A DNA stretch of 64,000 bases from Cyanophyceae cyanobacterium (GTDB lineage: Bacteria; Cyanobacteriota; Cyanobacteriia; Cyanobacteriales; JBHJGN01). The stretch covers positions 1 through 64,000 of the forward strand of contig JBHJGN010000046.1 of the NCBI GenBank assembly GCA_050331735.1. The letters run 5' to 3'. The notes below the pieces were generated by a model. It ran no database searches. It saw only the letters and a list, made by a program, of their open reading frames with translations, and had not been told where the DNA came from. The position numbers were made by a program, and so were the translations under genes. Each line of letters begins with the position of its first letter. The first letter of the stretch is position 1. Shown here in pieces: positions 32,642-42,277 of the stretch.

Positions 32642-33031
32642 TTAGGAGCTGGATTGAGCTTGCTCATCGCAGCCACCGGAGCTATCTTCAGTGTGCCAGT
32701 TGACACCGGAACGTTGAGTTTCTTTGAGCGATCGCCACCGCGCCGATACTTGCCAGCACTCTGTGACGAGCTGATGCCAGGGAACGAGGGTGGCTGTGTC
32801 GAGTCCTGCTTGTTCTCCAGTAGCTTTGAACAGCATTTTGGCCGTGCTTACCTCTTGCTGGGCAGTTTTCAGGCGCTCTAGCAATTCTGCTTGTTCTGGG
32901 GAGGAAAGAAAGGAAATTTCCTCAGATTCTAATAGAGAGCGCGAGCGTGAAAACCAGTATTGGAAATCTTCTAAGAGAGGTTCTAGGACGGCTTTGAGAA
33001 GTTCTTTCTCAGTAGGATTAGACTGAGGCAT
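32642..33031 (-). CDS. DUF2605-like protein
   Basis: LLKAVLEPLLEDFQYWFSRS, PWHQLVTECW; upstream of thrS. Confidence 0.82.
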   Translation of the reverse strand: MPQSNPTEKELLKAVLEPLLEDFQYWFSRSRSLLESEEISFLSSPEQAELLERLKTAQQEVSTAKMLFKATGEQAGLDTATLVPWHQLVTECWQVSARWRSLKETQRSGVNWHTEDSSGGCDEQAQSSS

Positions 33032-33225
33032 ATTTTAAAACAGCTTTAATCATCTACCCGCTATCTTAGCGTTTTTTATAATTCTTAACACTCCTCCCAA
33101 AGATAGTTCTTGGTGCTGATGGACTGACCATAGAACACAGCCAAATTGAACTAAGGTCAGTACTATAGATGTAGTGCTATTTTATAGCAACAATTAGTTG
33201 AAACAACGCACCCGTTAAATAGCCA

Positions 33226-35037
33226 ATGTTAACTGCTGAATCTGTTCAGGAAAAAATTTCCCTTCCCCGCACGAGTGAATCTGAACCCCTCCAGAAAATT
33301 CGCCATACGACTTCTCATATTATGGCGATGGCGGTACAGAAGCTCTTTCCTCAAGCACAGGTAACGATTGGTCCTTGGACGGAAACGGGTTTTTACTACG
33401 ATTTTGATTTGCCGGAACCTCTCACCGAAAAGGATTTAAAGGCGATCAAAAAAGAAATGATTAAAATTATCAACCGCAAACTCCCGGTAGTGCGGGAAGA
33501 AGTAACGCGCGAAGAAGCCCAACGACGCATTCACGACCTCAAAGAACCCTACAAGCTCGAAATTTTAGAGGGAATTGAAGACCCAATTACGATTTATCAT
33601 CTTGGAGAAGAGTGGTGGGATTTGTGTGCCGGTCCCCATGTCGAAAATACGAGCAATATCAATCCTAAAGCGCTAGAACTAGAAAGCGTCGCCGGAGCCT
33701 ACTGGCGCGGGGACGAGAATAACCCTCAGCTCCAGCGGATCTATGGAACAGCGTGGGAAACGCCCGAACAGCTAGCTGAATATAAGCGCCGTAAAGAAGA
33801 AGCGCTGCGGCGGGATCATCGCAAACTTGGTAAAGAACTTGGCTTGTTTGTTTTTGCTGATGTAGTTGGTCCGGGATTACCGCTGTGGACTCCCAAAGGC
33901 ACGATCCTGCGCTCGACGCTAGAGGACTTTCTCAAGCAAGAACAGCTTAAGCGCGGCTATCTGCCCGTGGTGACTCCTCATATTGCTAAGGTCGATCTGT
34001 TTAAAACCTCCGGACATTGGCAGAAATATCACGAGGATATGTTTCCGATGATGGCAGAAGATGAGCAAGCTGCTGCCCTCGAACAGGGTTTTGTTCTCAA
34101 GCCGATGAACTGCCCGTTCCACATTCAGATTTACAAAAATGAGCTGCGGTCCTACCGCGATTTACCGATGCGGCTAGCAGAGTTCGGCACTGTCTATCGC
34201 TACGAGCAGTCGGGAGAACTGGGCGGATTAACGAGAGTGCGCGGTTTTACGGTAGATGACTCGCACCTGTTCGTGACTCCAGAACAGCTCGATGAAGAGT
34301 TTTTAAGCGTGGTCGAGCTGATTTTGTCGGTCTTTAGCAGCCTTCAGCTCCAGAATTTTAAAGCTCGGTTGAGCTTCCGCGATCCGGCGGCGGATAAATA
34401 TATTGGGTCAGATGAAGCCTGGGACAAAGCCGAAGGAGCGATCCGCCGCGCCGTTGAAAAGCTGGGAATGGAGCATTTTGAGGGGATCGGAGAAGCCGCC
34501 TTTTATGGTCCAAAGCTGGACTTTATTTTTCAGGATGCCCTGGAGCGCGAATGGCAGCTTGGAACGGTACAGGTAGACTACAACCTCCCTGAACGCTTCA
34601 ACTTGGAATACGTCGCTGAGGACGGCTCTCGCCAGCGTCCGGTGATGATTCACCGGGCTCCGTTTGGGTCACTGGAGCGGCTGATTGGCATCTTGATTGA
34701 AGAGTACGCTGGCGATTTTCCGCTGTGGCTGGCTCCAGTCCAGGCTAGGCTTCTACCCGTTAGCGATCAGCATCTCGATTTCGCCCAGCAAGCGGCGGCG
34801 GAGCTGAGAGCCGCAGGCATTCGGGCTGAAGTGGACACTAGCGGCGAACGCTTGGGTAAATCGATTCGCAACGCTGAAAAGCAGAAGATTCCCGTGATGG
34901 CAGTTGTCGGTGCGAAGGAAGTCGAGTCGAATAGCCTCAGCGTTCGCACCCGAGTTACTGGAGAACTGGGGACGCTTCCCGTTGCGGAAGTCGTTGATAA
35001 AATAAAGGCAGCGATCGCCGAGCATCGCAACTTCTAA
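33226..35037 (+). CDS. thrS: Threonine--tRNA ligase
   Basis: RDHRKLG, KPMNCP, GLTRVRGF, FYGPKLD, HRAPFGSLER. Confidence 0.98.
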   Translation: MLTAESVQEKISLPRTSESEPLQKIRHTTSHIMAMAVQKLFPQAQVTIGPWTETGFYYDFDLPEPLTEKDLKAIKKEMIKIINRKLPVVREEVTREEAQRRIHDLKEPYKLEILEGIEDPITIYHLGEEWWDLCAGPHVENTSNINPKALELESVAGAYWRGDENNPQLQRIYGTAWETPEQLAEYKRRKEEALRRDHRKLGKELGLFVFADVVGPGLPLWTPKGTILRSTLEDFLKQEQLKRGYLPVVTPHIAKVDLFKTSGHWQKYHEDMFPMMAEDEQAAALEQGFVLKPMNCPFHIQIYKNELRSYRDLPMRLAEFGTVYRYEQSGELGGLTRVRGFTVDDSHLFVTPEQLDEEFLSVVELILSVFSSLQLQNFKARLSFRDPAADKYIGSDEAWDKAEGAIRRAVEKLGMEHFEGIGEAAFYGPKLDFIFQDALEREWQLGTVQVDYNLPERFNLEYVAEDGSRQRPVMIHRAPFGSLERLIGILIEEYAGDFPLWLAPVQARLLPVSDQHLDFAQQAAAELRAAGIRAEVDTSGERLGKSIRNAEKQKIPVMAVVGAKEVESNSLSVRTRVTGELGTLPVAEVVDKIKAAIAEHRNF

Positions 35038-35070
35038 AATGAGTTGGACCGGACCGCCCGCTAGACACAA

Positions 35071-35223
35071 TTAGTTGTTCTCTTCTGTAGACTCTACTTC
35101 TTCTTTCTGCTGCCGATTGAAGCGTCTTGAAGAGAAACGCTTAGAAGATGATTTACGAAACTTACGAGCGTAAGCTTTGTTACGCTCGGCTTTTTCTTTC
35201 TTTAAATTACGACGTTTAGCCAT
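35071..35223 (-). CDS. Small, highly basic protein (50 aa)
   Basis: MAKRRNLKKEKAERNKAYARKFRK...; a GAGG RBS precedes the ATG at 35223. Confidence 0.75.
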   Translation of the reverse strand: MAKRRNLKKEKAERNKAYARKFRKSSSKRFSSRRFNRQQKEEVESTEENN

Positions 35224-35361
35224 TACTACCTCATCAAAAATCACAAAACGCTTCTGGTGAGAATCGGTTGAATCATCTTTTTTCGTTCCAGAAGCGTCTG
35301 AAGACAGCTTAAGTACTGCCAACAGCCTGGTGTTCCAGCGCTTGCTAATTCAATGCCAAAA

Positions 35362-35655
35362 CTAATAGTTAGAGCTGAAGCTGCGTCTATCGCTGTTGAA
35401 ATCGTTTTTGCTGGTTTTGGGTCTTGCTTTGTTCACGCGCAGGACTCTGCCCATCCATTTAGCGCCATTCAACTCTTCAATAGCTTTCTCTTCTTGAGTT
35501 TCATCTTCAAGTTCGACAAAGCCAAACCCTCTGACACGACCGGACTCTCGGTCTACAGGAAGGGTGACGTTTTTGACGGTTCCGTACTCAGCAAAGACCT
35601 CCTCTAAATCCTGAGCGGTTGCTTCATAGGATAAGTTACCAATATAAATTGTCAT
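35362..35655 (-). CDS. rbp: RRM RNA-binding protein (cyanobacterial Rbp)
   Basis: RNP2 IYIGNL and RNP1 RGFGFVEL. Confidence 0.95.
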   Translation of the reverse strand: MTIYIGNLSYEATAQDLEEVFAEYGTVKNVTLPVDRESGRVRGFGFVELEDETQEEKAIEELNGAKWMGRVLRVNKARPKTSKNDFNSDRRSFSSNY

Positions 35656-35659
35656 GACA

Positions 35660-35723
35660 TCTCCATCTGACCGATTAGCTCAGATGAAGCTCGGTAGGAG
35701 ATCCTCAAACTAAGACCGAAGCT
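35660..35723 (-). promoter_or_regulatory. Structured 5' UTR of rbp
   Basis: Perfect 7-bp stem CATCTGA/TCAGATG (35664-35686) touching the GGAG RBS, plus a second imperfect stem (35688-35723). Confidence 0.5.
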
Positions 35724-35906
35724 CAGCAGTATCTGGACACTCTGGATTCAGCGTGAAAACTCACAAAAAAAATGAACCGCGAACTCGACCGAACTTACAT
35801 CTATACTGTACTTTGCTATTGTAACTGCTGTCAGTGTTTTAGGTAGAAGAATCAACGATTTTGTTAACTTAGCGGTTGTCATTTTGTGAGCGAAAGAGGC
35901 CTGAAA

Positions 35907-36056
35907 ATGCTGGGTGCAATCGCCGGAGATGTGATTGGTTCTGTTTACTATGGTAAAGTCCCGGAGGCGATCGCTCAGCAAACCTTAAATCTCCTCGACG
36001 AACCGCTACGCCTGGTTACTCAAGCATTTATGGACAAGTATTGGCAGCCTAGCTAG
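35907..36056 (+). pseudogene. Internally deleted ADP-ribosylglycohydrolase family remnant (49 codons)
   Basis: MLGAIAGDVIGSVY (family N-terminus) is joined directly to YGKVPEAIAQQTLNLLDEPLR (family C-terminus-like). Confidence 0.75.
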
Positions 36057-36178
36057 ATGCTATGCTCCTAGAAATATTGGGACTGATGGTGAGGCGATCG
36101 TCCAGTGCAGGCAGTCGCCTGTTTAGTTCTTATCAACTTCAGTGGCCATACTTAATTTGTCATCAAGAAGCATGAGGT

Positions 36179-37084
36179 ATGTCGAAGCAATTGCCTTCCA
36201 TTACAGTAGATCTGCTGCAGGAACAATCTCATCAGCAGGTTCTAGGCTCGTCTGACCGTCACTTTAGAGTTGCGAACGAGAAATTTGTCATCGAACACCA
36301 TCGCCACCCTGCCCATGAAATTCAGCACTGTTCTGTCTTTCAAGCTGGTGTAATCCTAAACTTAGGAGGAACCTATAATGCAGAGCAGTGGTTTGATGGT
36401 AAGTTTACCGAAAATCAGTTTGAACCAGGAGACTTGATTGTTTTCCCTGCTGAGATCTCTCATCGGGTAATCTGGGATAGACCCATTGAATTTTTGATGG
36501 TGGGATTTAGTACGTCGCTCCTTCAGCAAACAACAATAGAACTTATCGGTGTCGATAAGTTCTCTGCAAATCCTGCCGAGATTGTTCCTCACAATAAGTT
36601 AAGCGATCCTCTCATCCATCAAATTGGCTTAGCGTTGACAACCGAATTTCAGAGCAATGGTACGCTGAGTTCTCTATATGCTGAGTCAATGGTCAAGGCG
36701 CTACTGGTTCATCTACTCCAGCGCTACTCCTTTCACCCCTATTCGCCGCCGGAATTATCTAACTGTCTATCGCCCCTTAAACTTAAACGAGTTATTGAGT
36801 ATATTCACGAGAACACAGCGCAGAATCCCAGTCTAGCTGAACTGGCAGCTATTGCTCAAATGAGTCCCAACTATTTTTCTCGCCTGTTTAAACAAGCGAC
36901 TGGGTTATCTCCTCATCGATACATTATTCAGCAAAGGCTAAACACAGCCAGGAAGCTTTTGAGAACTAATTTATCAATTACAGACATAGCAGAACAGGCA
37001 GGTTTTGCCAGCCAGAGCCATTTAACAACGGCCTTCCGCAAACATCTATCTATTACTCCGAAGAAATATCGGGAAAAGCTCTGA
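36179..37084 (+). CDS. AraC family transcriptional regulator
   Basis: C-terminal double HTH: SLAELA...FSRLFKQATG, GFASQSHLT.AFRK. Confidence 0.93.
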   Translation: MSKQLPSITVDLLQEQSHQQVLGSSDRHFRVANEKFVIEHHRHPAHEIQHCSVFQAGVILNLGGTYNAEQWFDGKFTENQFEPGDLIVFPAEISHRVIWDRPIEFLMVGFSTSLLQQTTIELIGVDKFSANPAEIVPHNKLSDPLIHQIGLALTTEFQSNGTLSSLYAESMVKALLVHLLQRYSFHPYSPPELSNCLSPLKLKRVIEYIHENTAQNPSLAELAAIAQMSPNYFSRLFKQATGLSPHRYIIQQRLNTARKLLRTNLSITDIAEQAGFASQSHLTTAFRKHLSITPKKYREKL

Positions 37085-37246
37085 TCTGAAGATTGTGAAA
37101 TTGATCGTAAGTTCCTGTAAGACAGTTGAAAGAACCGCGTTATATGCTGTTTTCAAAGCGAGAAGTCAATTTTCGGAAGGTTGAGACGAAAGTAGTCATA
37201 GTTAGTTTCACACAGACACTGTACTAATCAATCAAATAGGAGCTTA

Positions 37247-37753
37247 ATGACAATGACAATTCCTCAGGACGGACTTGTTGTTCAACCGGGTCAGGGACAT
37301 TCCTACTATCTTGGCGACAACCTATATACCTTCAAAGTCATAGGGGAAGATACTGGGGGAGTGTATGCACTCTGTGAGATCACTGTTGCGCCTCAAAGCG
37401 GCTCACCGCCTCATCGACACACGCGAGAAGATGAATCATTTTACGTTCAAGATGGAGAAATAGAATTTCAGCTTGGCGAGCGTACTCTCGTTGGAACGGC
37501 TGGGACTTTCCTGTATTCACCGAGAGGTCAAGTTCATCAATACACGAATGCCACTGCTTCACCGGCTAAATTACTGATTTGGGTCACTCCTTCTGGTTTT
37601 GAGAAATTCATCGCCGAAGCAGGAAAAGCCGCAAACGGTCAGATTACTGCTGGAGCAGCATTAAGTTCTGAAGACTTAGACAAGATTCTTACCACGGCCC
37701 CTAAGTACGGTCTCGAAATTATACCTCCAAGCTCGGCTCGTGAAGGTAGGTGA
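37247..37753 (+). CDS. Cupin protein (quercetin 2,3-dioxygenase-like)
   Basis: PPHRHTREDESFYV, PRGQVH, PSGFEKF. Confidence 0.85.
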   Translation: MTMTIPQDGLVVQPGQGHSYYLGDNLYTFKVIGEDTGGVYALCEITVAPQSGSPPHRHTREDESFYVQDGEIEFQLGERTLVGTAGTFLYSPRGQVHQYTNATASPAKLLIWVTPSGFEKFIAEAGKAANGQITAGAALSSEDLDKILTTAPKYGLEIIPPSSAREGR

Positions 37754-37805
37754 GCAAAGCGTGTGGAAAGCGCAGAGTAACGGTGACTTAAATAAGGGGC
37801 GTTGT

Positions 37806-37833
37806 GATAGCAGCGGTCTTAACCGCTACTATC
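37806..37833. terminator. Hairpin between convergent genes
   Basis: GATAGCAGCGGT-CTTA-ACCGCTACTATC. Confidence 0.6.
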
Positions 37834-37854
37834 GCGTTCTTAAGTGCCTGTCGA

Positions 37855-39930
37855 TCAAGATGCGCTGACCAAGCCGCTATGTCTGAGCAGGGCTTCTGTA
37901 CTTGGTTCCCGTCCGCGGAAGACTTTGAACACCTCCATCGGGGGCAAGCTGCCACCTAACGCCAGCACCGTATCTCGGAAGTGCTTGCCGGTGGTGGCAA
38001 TCACCTCGTCGGACTCTAAACCAGCCTCTTCAAACGCAGAGAAGGCATCGGCGCTGAGTACCTCTGCCCACTTGTAGCTATAGTAGCCAGCGGCGTAGCC
38101 TCCGGCAAAGATATGACCGAAGGAACACAAGAAATTGTCCTCTGGTAATGGCTGTAGTACGGTTGTGGTTTGGGCGATGCGATCGCGCAACTGAGCAGGA
38201 GTCTCTCGCTTGGGGTCGTAGCGGTAATGCAGCTCGAGATCGACTAGGCTAAAGTGGAGCTGGCGCAGCATGGCTGAACCGCTCATATAGTTGCGAGCTG
38301 CAAGGAGCTTCTGATAGTAGTGTTCGGGGAGCGTTTCTCCGGTTTCATAGTGCTTGGCCATGCCCATTAGCGTCGGGCGATGGTAGCACCAGTTTTCCAT
38401 AAACTGACTCGGCAACTCCACCGCATCCCATTCCACATTGTTAATACCCGAAGCTCCCACGTAGTCTACCCGAGTGAGCATGTGCTGCAATCCGTGACCA
38501 AACTCGTGAAAGAGCGTCTCGACTTCATCAAAGGTCATCAGGCTTGGCTTGCCGTCTATTGGAGGCGTTTGATTACAGACCAGGTACGCAACAGGTAAAC
38601 GAGTGGTCAGTTCTCCGGCTGACATTACTTTTGCCCGTCCGATACAGTCGTTCATCCAAGCACCGCCGCGCTTTTCTCCGGGGCGGCTGTAGGGATCGAG
38701 GTAGAAGTGAGCCAGCACCTCGGATTCATCAGCGACCTGAAAATAGCGCACGTCTTCGTGCCACACCGGGGCTTTCCCGTCAGCGGGAGTAATAGTCACG
38801 CCAAAGACGCGTTTGGCTAGGTCGAATAGTCCTGCTAACACCTGAGTCAGGGAAAAGTAGGGGCGCAGTTCCTCGGCGGTAAAGTCAAACTTCGCTTCCC
38901 GCTGCTTTTCTGCCCAAAAGCTGACATCCCAATGCTTGATGTCGTCGGTTCCGGCAAAAGCTTTTAACTCGTTCAATTCCTGAACGGCGGCATCGTAGCT
39001 GGCGCTGCGGAGTTCTTCGAGGAGGGTTTCAACCGCCTCAACATCGGGAGCCATTTTCTTAGCGAGGCTCAGCTCGGCATAGTTATTGAAACCGAGTAAA
39101 GTGGCTTTTTCCTGACGAAGCTGAAGAATTTCTTGAATAATCGGATTATTATCGAGTTCGCCCGCTGAAGCGCGGCTAATGAAAGCTCGGTAAAGCTGTT
39201 CCCGCAGTTCCCGGTTGGTGTTGTACTTGAGGAAGGGAATATAGCTGGGGTAGTCGAGGGTAATCACCCAGGGACCAGATTCGGTCGTAGCATCGGTATC
39301 GCCTTCAGTCCGGGCGGTTTGAGCGGCTAAACTGAGAGCGGAGGGGGGTAATCCATCCACCTCTTCTGGCTTGGTTAGCTTGAGCTTAAACGCTTTAGTG
39401 GCATCGAGGACGTGGTTAGAAAAGGTTGTTGACAACTCTGCCAATTTCTGCTGAATTTTGTTGAAGCGATCGCGCTGTTCGCCCTCTAAGCCTACTCCAG
39501 ACAGTTGGGCATCGCGGATGTTGGCTGCGACGATGCGCTGTTGTGCTGGTTCGAGATTATCCCAGTCTTTGGCTTTGAGAGTCTGGAAGGCTTCGTAAAT
39601 CGGCTTGCTTTGCCCCAGCTTACTGCCAAACTCAACCACCTGTGGCTGAACGGTTTGGTAAGCTTCTCGCAGTTCGGGGCTATTCTTAACGCCCATCAGA
39701 TGACCAACAATTCCCCAACTCCAGCTAATACGCTCTTCGATTTGGGTTAGAGGCTCTACTAACCCCTCCCAGGTTGGGGTCACGTTAGCTTCTAGGTTGG
39801 CAAACTCTGCTTCTAGATCAGCCAAAAGCTGAGTCATGGCGGGAACAACGTGTTCTGAGCGAATTTGAGTAAAAGGGGGTAATCCTTTTCCGATCAGTAA
39901 GGGGTTTTCTGTAGCAGTCGCGTTTGTCAT
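37855..39930 (-). CDS. prlC: Oligopeptidase A (M3 family)
   Basis: FHEFGHGLQH, WDAVELPSQFMENW, GYYSYKWAE. Start moved to MTNATATENPLL. Confidence 0.94.
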   Translation of the reverse strand: MTNATATENPLLIGKGLPPFTQIRSEHVVPAMTQLLADLEAEFANLEANVTPTWEGLVEPLTQIEERISWSWGIVGHLMGVKNSPELREAYQTVQPQVVEFGSKLGQSKPIYEAFQTLKAKDWDNLEPAQQRIVAANIRDAQLSGVGLEGEQRDRFNKIQQKLAELSTTFSNHVLDATKAFKLKLTKPEEVDGLPPSALSLAAQTARTEGDTDATTESGPWVITLDYPSYIPFLKYNTNRELREQLYRAFISRASAGELDNNPIIQEILQLRQEKATLLGFNNYAELSLAKKMAPDVEAVETLLEELRSASYDAAVQELNELKAFAGTDDIKHWDVSFWAEKQREAKFDFTAEELRPYFSLTQVLAGLFDLAKRVFGVTITPADGKAPVWHEDVRYFQVADESEVLAHFYLDPYSRPGEKRGGAWMNDCIGRAKVMSAGELTTRLPVAYLVCNQTPPIDGKPSLMTFDEVETLFHEFGHGLQHMLTRVDYVGASGINNVEWDAVELPSQFMENWCYHRPTLMGMAKHYETGETLPEHYYQKLLAARNYMSGSAMLRQLHFSLVDLELHYRYDPKRETPAQLRDRIAQTTTVLQPLPEDNFLCSFGHIFAGGYAAGYYSYKWAEVLSADAFSAFEEAGLESDEVIATTGKHFRDTVLALGGSLPPMEVFKVFRGREPSTEALLRHSGLVSAS

Positions 39931-40185
39931 TACGAATCGTTTGTTCTTTTTCTTTACCCTAACGCTAGTCAGAAAAGGATGGGAAATAGCAGAAAAATTT
40001 CTACCGCGCTTAGCCAAATCCATCAAGCTGTACTTCAGGAGGGAGGTGACATTAAAAAAGGTAGGAAGTCGTCAGGCTTGAGAAGGCAGCTTTGATAGAG
40101 GCGTAAGGGATAGAAGGTTTGCTTTAAAAGGGAAGCGATCAAGAGCGAGAGACAGACACAGGAGGCGATTGTTTGTTCCTTCTAC

Positions 40186-40563
40186 TTATGTGGAGCGACT
40201 CCCAATAATCAAAACCAGCCTTGCGACTAACCAAGCTAGCAGCGCGTAAACCAGCATAGCTACCAAAGCATTCACCTCTAGCGTTTGCCCAGAGTCGAGG
40301 TTAGGGGGACCAAAAAGATTAGCAAACGGAGCCACAAAGGGCGCGGAAAGACTATAAATCACTTGAGCAAAAGTGTTTTCTGGATTAGCTCCAAACAGAC
40401 GTAACAAAACCCGCAACAGCAGCAGAATTTCTAAAGCCCCAGTGAGGTAGTAAATAATGCTGACAATCCGCATCACTATAGAGTTCTGTCTAATGGCTGC
40501 TTGGCGGCGCTCCTCGCTTTGAAGGCGCAGTTCTTCGTCGCGTTGATGAGGATCTCTGGTCAT
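40186..40563 (-). CDS. YggT family membrane protein
   Basis: LLRVLLRLFGANPENTF...LSAPFVAPF; AGGAG RBS. Confidence 0.8.
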   Translation of the reverse strand: MTRDPHQRDEELRLQSEERRQAAIRQNSIVMRIVSIIYYLTGALEILLLLRVLLRLFGANPENTFAQVIYSLSAPFVAPFANLFGPPNLDSGQTLEVNALVAMLVYALLAWLVARLVLIIGSRST

Positions 40564-40783
40564 GTTATTCTCCTTAATTGCTGTTTAATTTGGCGTTGCT
40601 GATTGGTAATGATTAGGGTGGATAGTTGTTAGTCGTTAGTCGTTAACCGTTGATTCAAAACCAATTTAGTCTATGCTGTCATTAAGATTGGCAGAAATGC
40701 CTTTAACTCAACGTGATGAAGAGGTTGAGTTAATCCTAAGCTGGCTTGAATGGGTTTTTAAAATACAGAATACAATGAAGCGC

Positions 40784-41296
40784 TCAAGCTTCTTTAGATT
40801 CCAAAACGCTAATTGGGTTTGTAAATAGCGTTGAATTAGGAATCAATACCTTTTGCTGGTCTGCCTGCAAGACGGTATACCGGAGGTTGATCTCGGTAAC
40901 GATGCCTTCAAACCCGGAAACAGCAATGCGGTCCTGACGCTGAAATGGGCGATAGAACAGAATGAGGACTCCAGCAAGGAGATTAGAAAGCACATCTCGA
41001 CAAGCATACCCTAACGCAAAGCCCGTTAGCCCTAGACTGGCAACTAACGCCGAAACATCTATTCCGACTGTACCAAGTGCTGTAATCGCTCCAAAAATAA
41101 GGATGCTGGTGGAAGCAGCCTGCTGAATGAGCTTGATGATATCGATATCGAGACGGCTTCTGAGACTAAAGCGACGGATCAAAGATTTAACAATGATGCT
41201 CGCTAACCAAAAAGCCAGAAAAACGACGAGGCTAACGGCAAGCTTGGGTAAGAACAGGAGGAGCTGTTCGAGCAGTTGATGAGAGACATCTTCCAT
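40784..41296 (-). CDS. Short MscS-family mechanosensitive channel protein
   Basis: LGLTGFALGYA.RDVLSNLLAGV.IL..RPF and IPNS motifs. Confidence 0.85.
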   Translation of the reverse strand: MEDVSHQLLEQLLLFLPKLAVSLVVFLAFWLASIIVKSLIRRFSLRSRLDIDIIKLIQQAASTSILIFGAITALGTVGIDVSALVASLGLTGFALGYACRDVLSNLLAGVLILFYRPFQRQDRIAVSGFEGIVTEINLRYTVLQADQQKVLIPNSTLFTNPISVLESKEA

Positions 41297-41392
41297 GTTG
41301 AGACAAGTATGCTTCTGGCGGTAATTTAGATTGAGTGGACTTGTTATCCAATTTATAGTAAAGGACAAGTCTGCTTCAGAAGCAGATTGGCG

Positions 41393-41549
41393 GCGATCGC
41401 TCTCCTATCCTGCCATCAGCGATCGCCTCATCAGCTTTCCTACAGGCGATCGCTCTTCCTCACTTCACAATCGGCGATCATTTTTATAAAACTCACCAAC
41501 TTTGGCTGGAGGCGATCGCCAACGAAAGCTGAAGGGAGTGGGCGATCGC
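41393..41549. repeat. Dense HIP1 cluster (5 perfect and 1 degenerate GCGATCGC)
   Basis: Sites start at 41393, 41419, 41446, 41474 (GCGATCAT), 41512 and 41542. Confidence 0.9.
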
Positions 41550-41597
41550 TCATTCTGTCAACTCGCTCCACAGAATCAGAGAACAAATCTAACACTC

Positions 41598-41684
41598 TTT
41601 CCCTTTCCCCTTTCCCCGTCCCGTAGGGACATTTTCCCCGTTCCGCAGGAACTATTTCCCCTTTTTCCCGCGCCTTTGGCGCTA
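41598..41684. repeat. Three 13-nt mini-hairpins in a TTTCCCC tandem tract
   Basis: GTCCC-GTA-GGGAC 41618, GTTCC-GCA-GGAAC 41640, GCGCC-TTT-GGCGC 41670. Confidence 0.8.
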
Positions 41685-41768
41685 TTTTTTCGCCTCCGCT
41701 GATCGTTTTTTGAAAAAACTGGGCAGTCTATACGAGTAAACACGGAACTGTTTAACTCTAAATTGGCT

Positions 41769-42128
41769 ATGTCTGCAAAGAAAAGGCTGCAAAAGTTCAT
41801 TATCTTTCTTTCTGCACTTTCGTTTTTGGGTTCGACGGGGTATTCGCTGGCGCAGATGTTGCGGCAGGGGATGCAGCCGTTGGAAGAAACTGCACCGGAG
41901 GAGAATTTGTTGCCGTTGCAGCAGGCACAGGGCTATGAACGTGTGCTGGAACGGGAACCGAATAATGTGGTGGCGTTGCAAGGATTGGTGAAGTTGCGGT
42001 TGCAGATGGAGGATTTTGAGGGAGTTGTGGCACCGCTAGAGAAGTTGGTGAAGCTGGAGCCGCAGGAGGAGGAGTATCAGGCGATTTTGGCTTCGGTGCA
42101 GGAAATGTTGGAGGAAGGCGAAGATTAA
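41769..42128 (+). CDS. Small membrane-anchored TPR protein
   Basis: N-terminal hydrophobic segment; GYERVLEREPNNVVALQGLV...PLEKLVKLEP. Confidence 0.8.
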   Translation: MSAKKRLQKFIIFLSALSFLGSTGYSLAQMLRQGMQPLEETAPEENLLPLQQAQGYERVLEREPNNVVALQGLVKLRLQMEDFEGVVAPLEKLVKLEPQEEEYQAILASVQEMLEEGED

Positions 42129-42277
42129 TAGGTAGAAGTTGGTGAAACTGTAAGCTAAAGAACAGGTTACAAAACTTATTTGGACTCGTTAGGAAAACTG
42201 GTGGTATGTGGATAAAACAGACGTTTTATTTTGGATAAAAAGATAAGTAGGGCTTGCAAATTTTCAAGGAATAACAG

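Noticed and set aside
40628..40654. Short heptamer repeats (TTAGTCG-type; similar tracts near 26040 and 48035)
   Set aside because: Ordinary cyanobacterial STRR-like intergenic repeats with few, degenerate copies.
41393..41549. CRISPR array
   Set aside because: The repeated unit is only the 8-bp HIP1 octamer, the spacing is irregular, and no cas genes are present.
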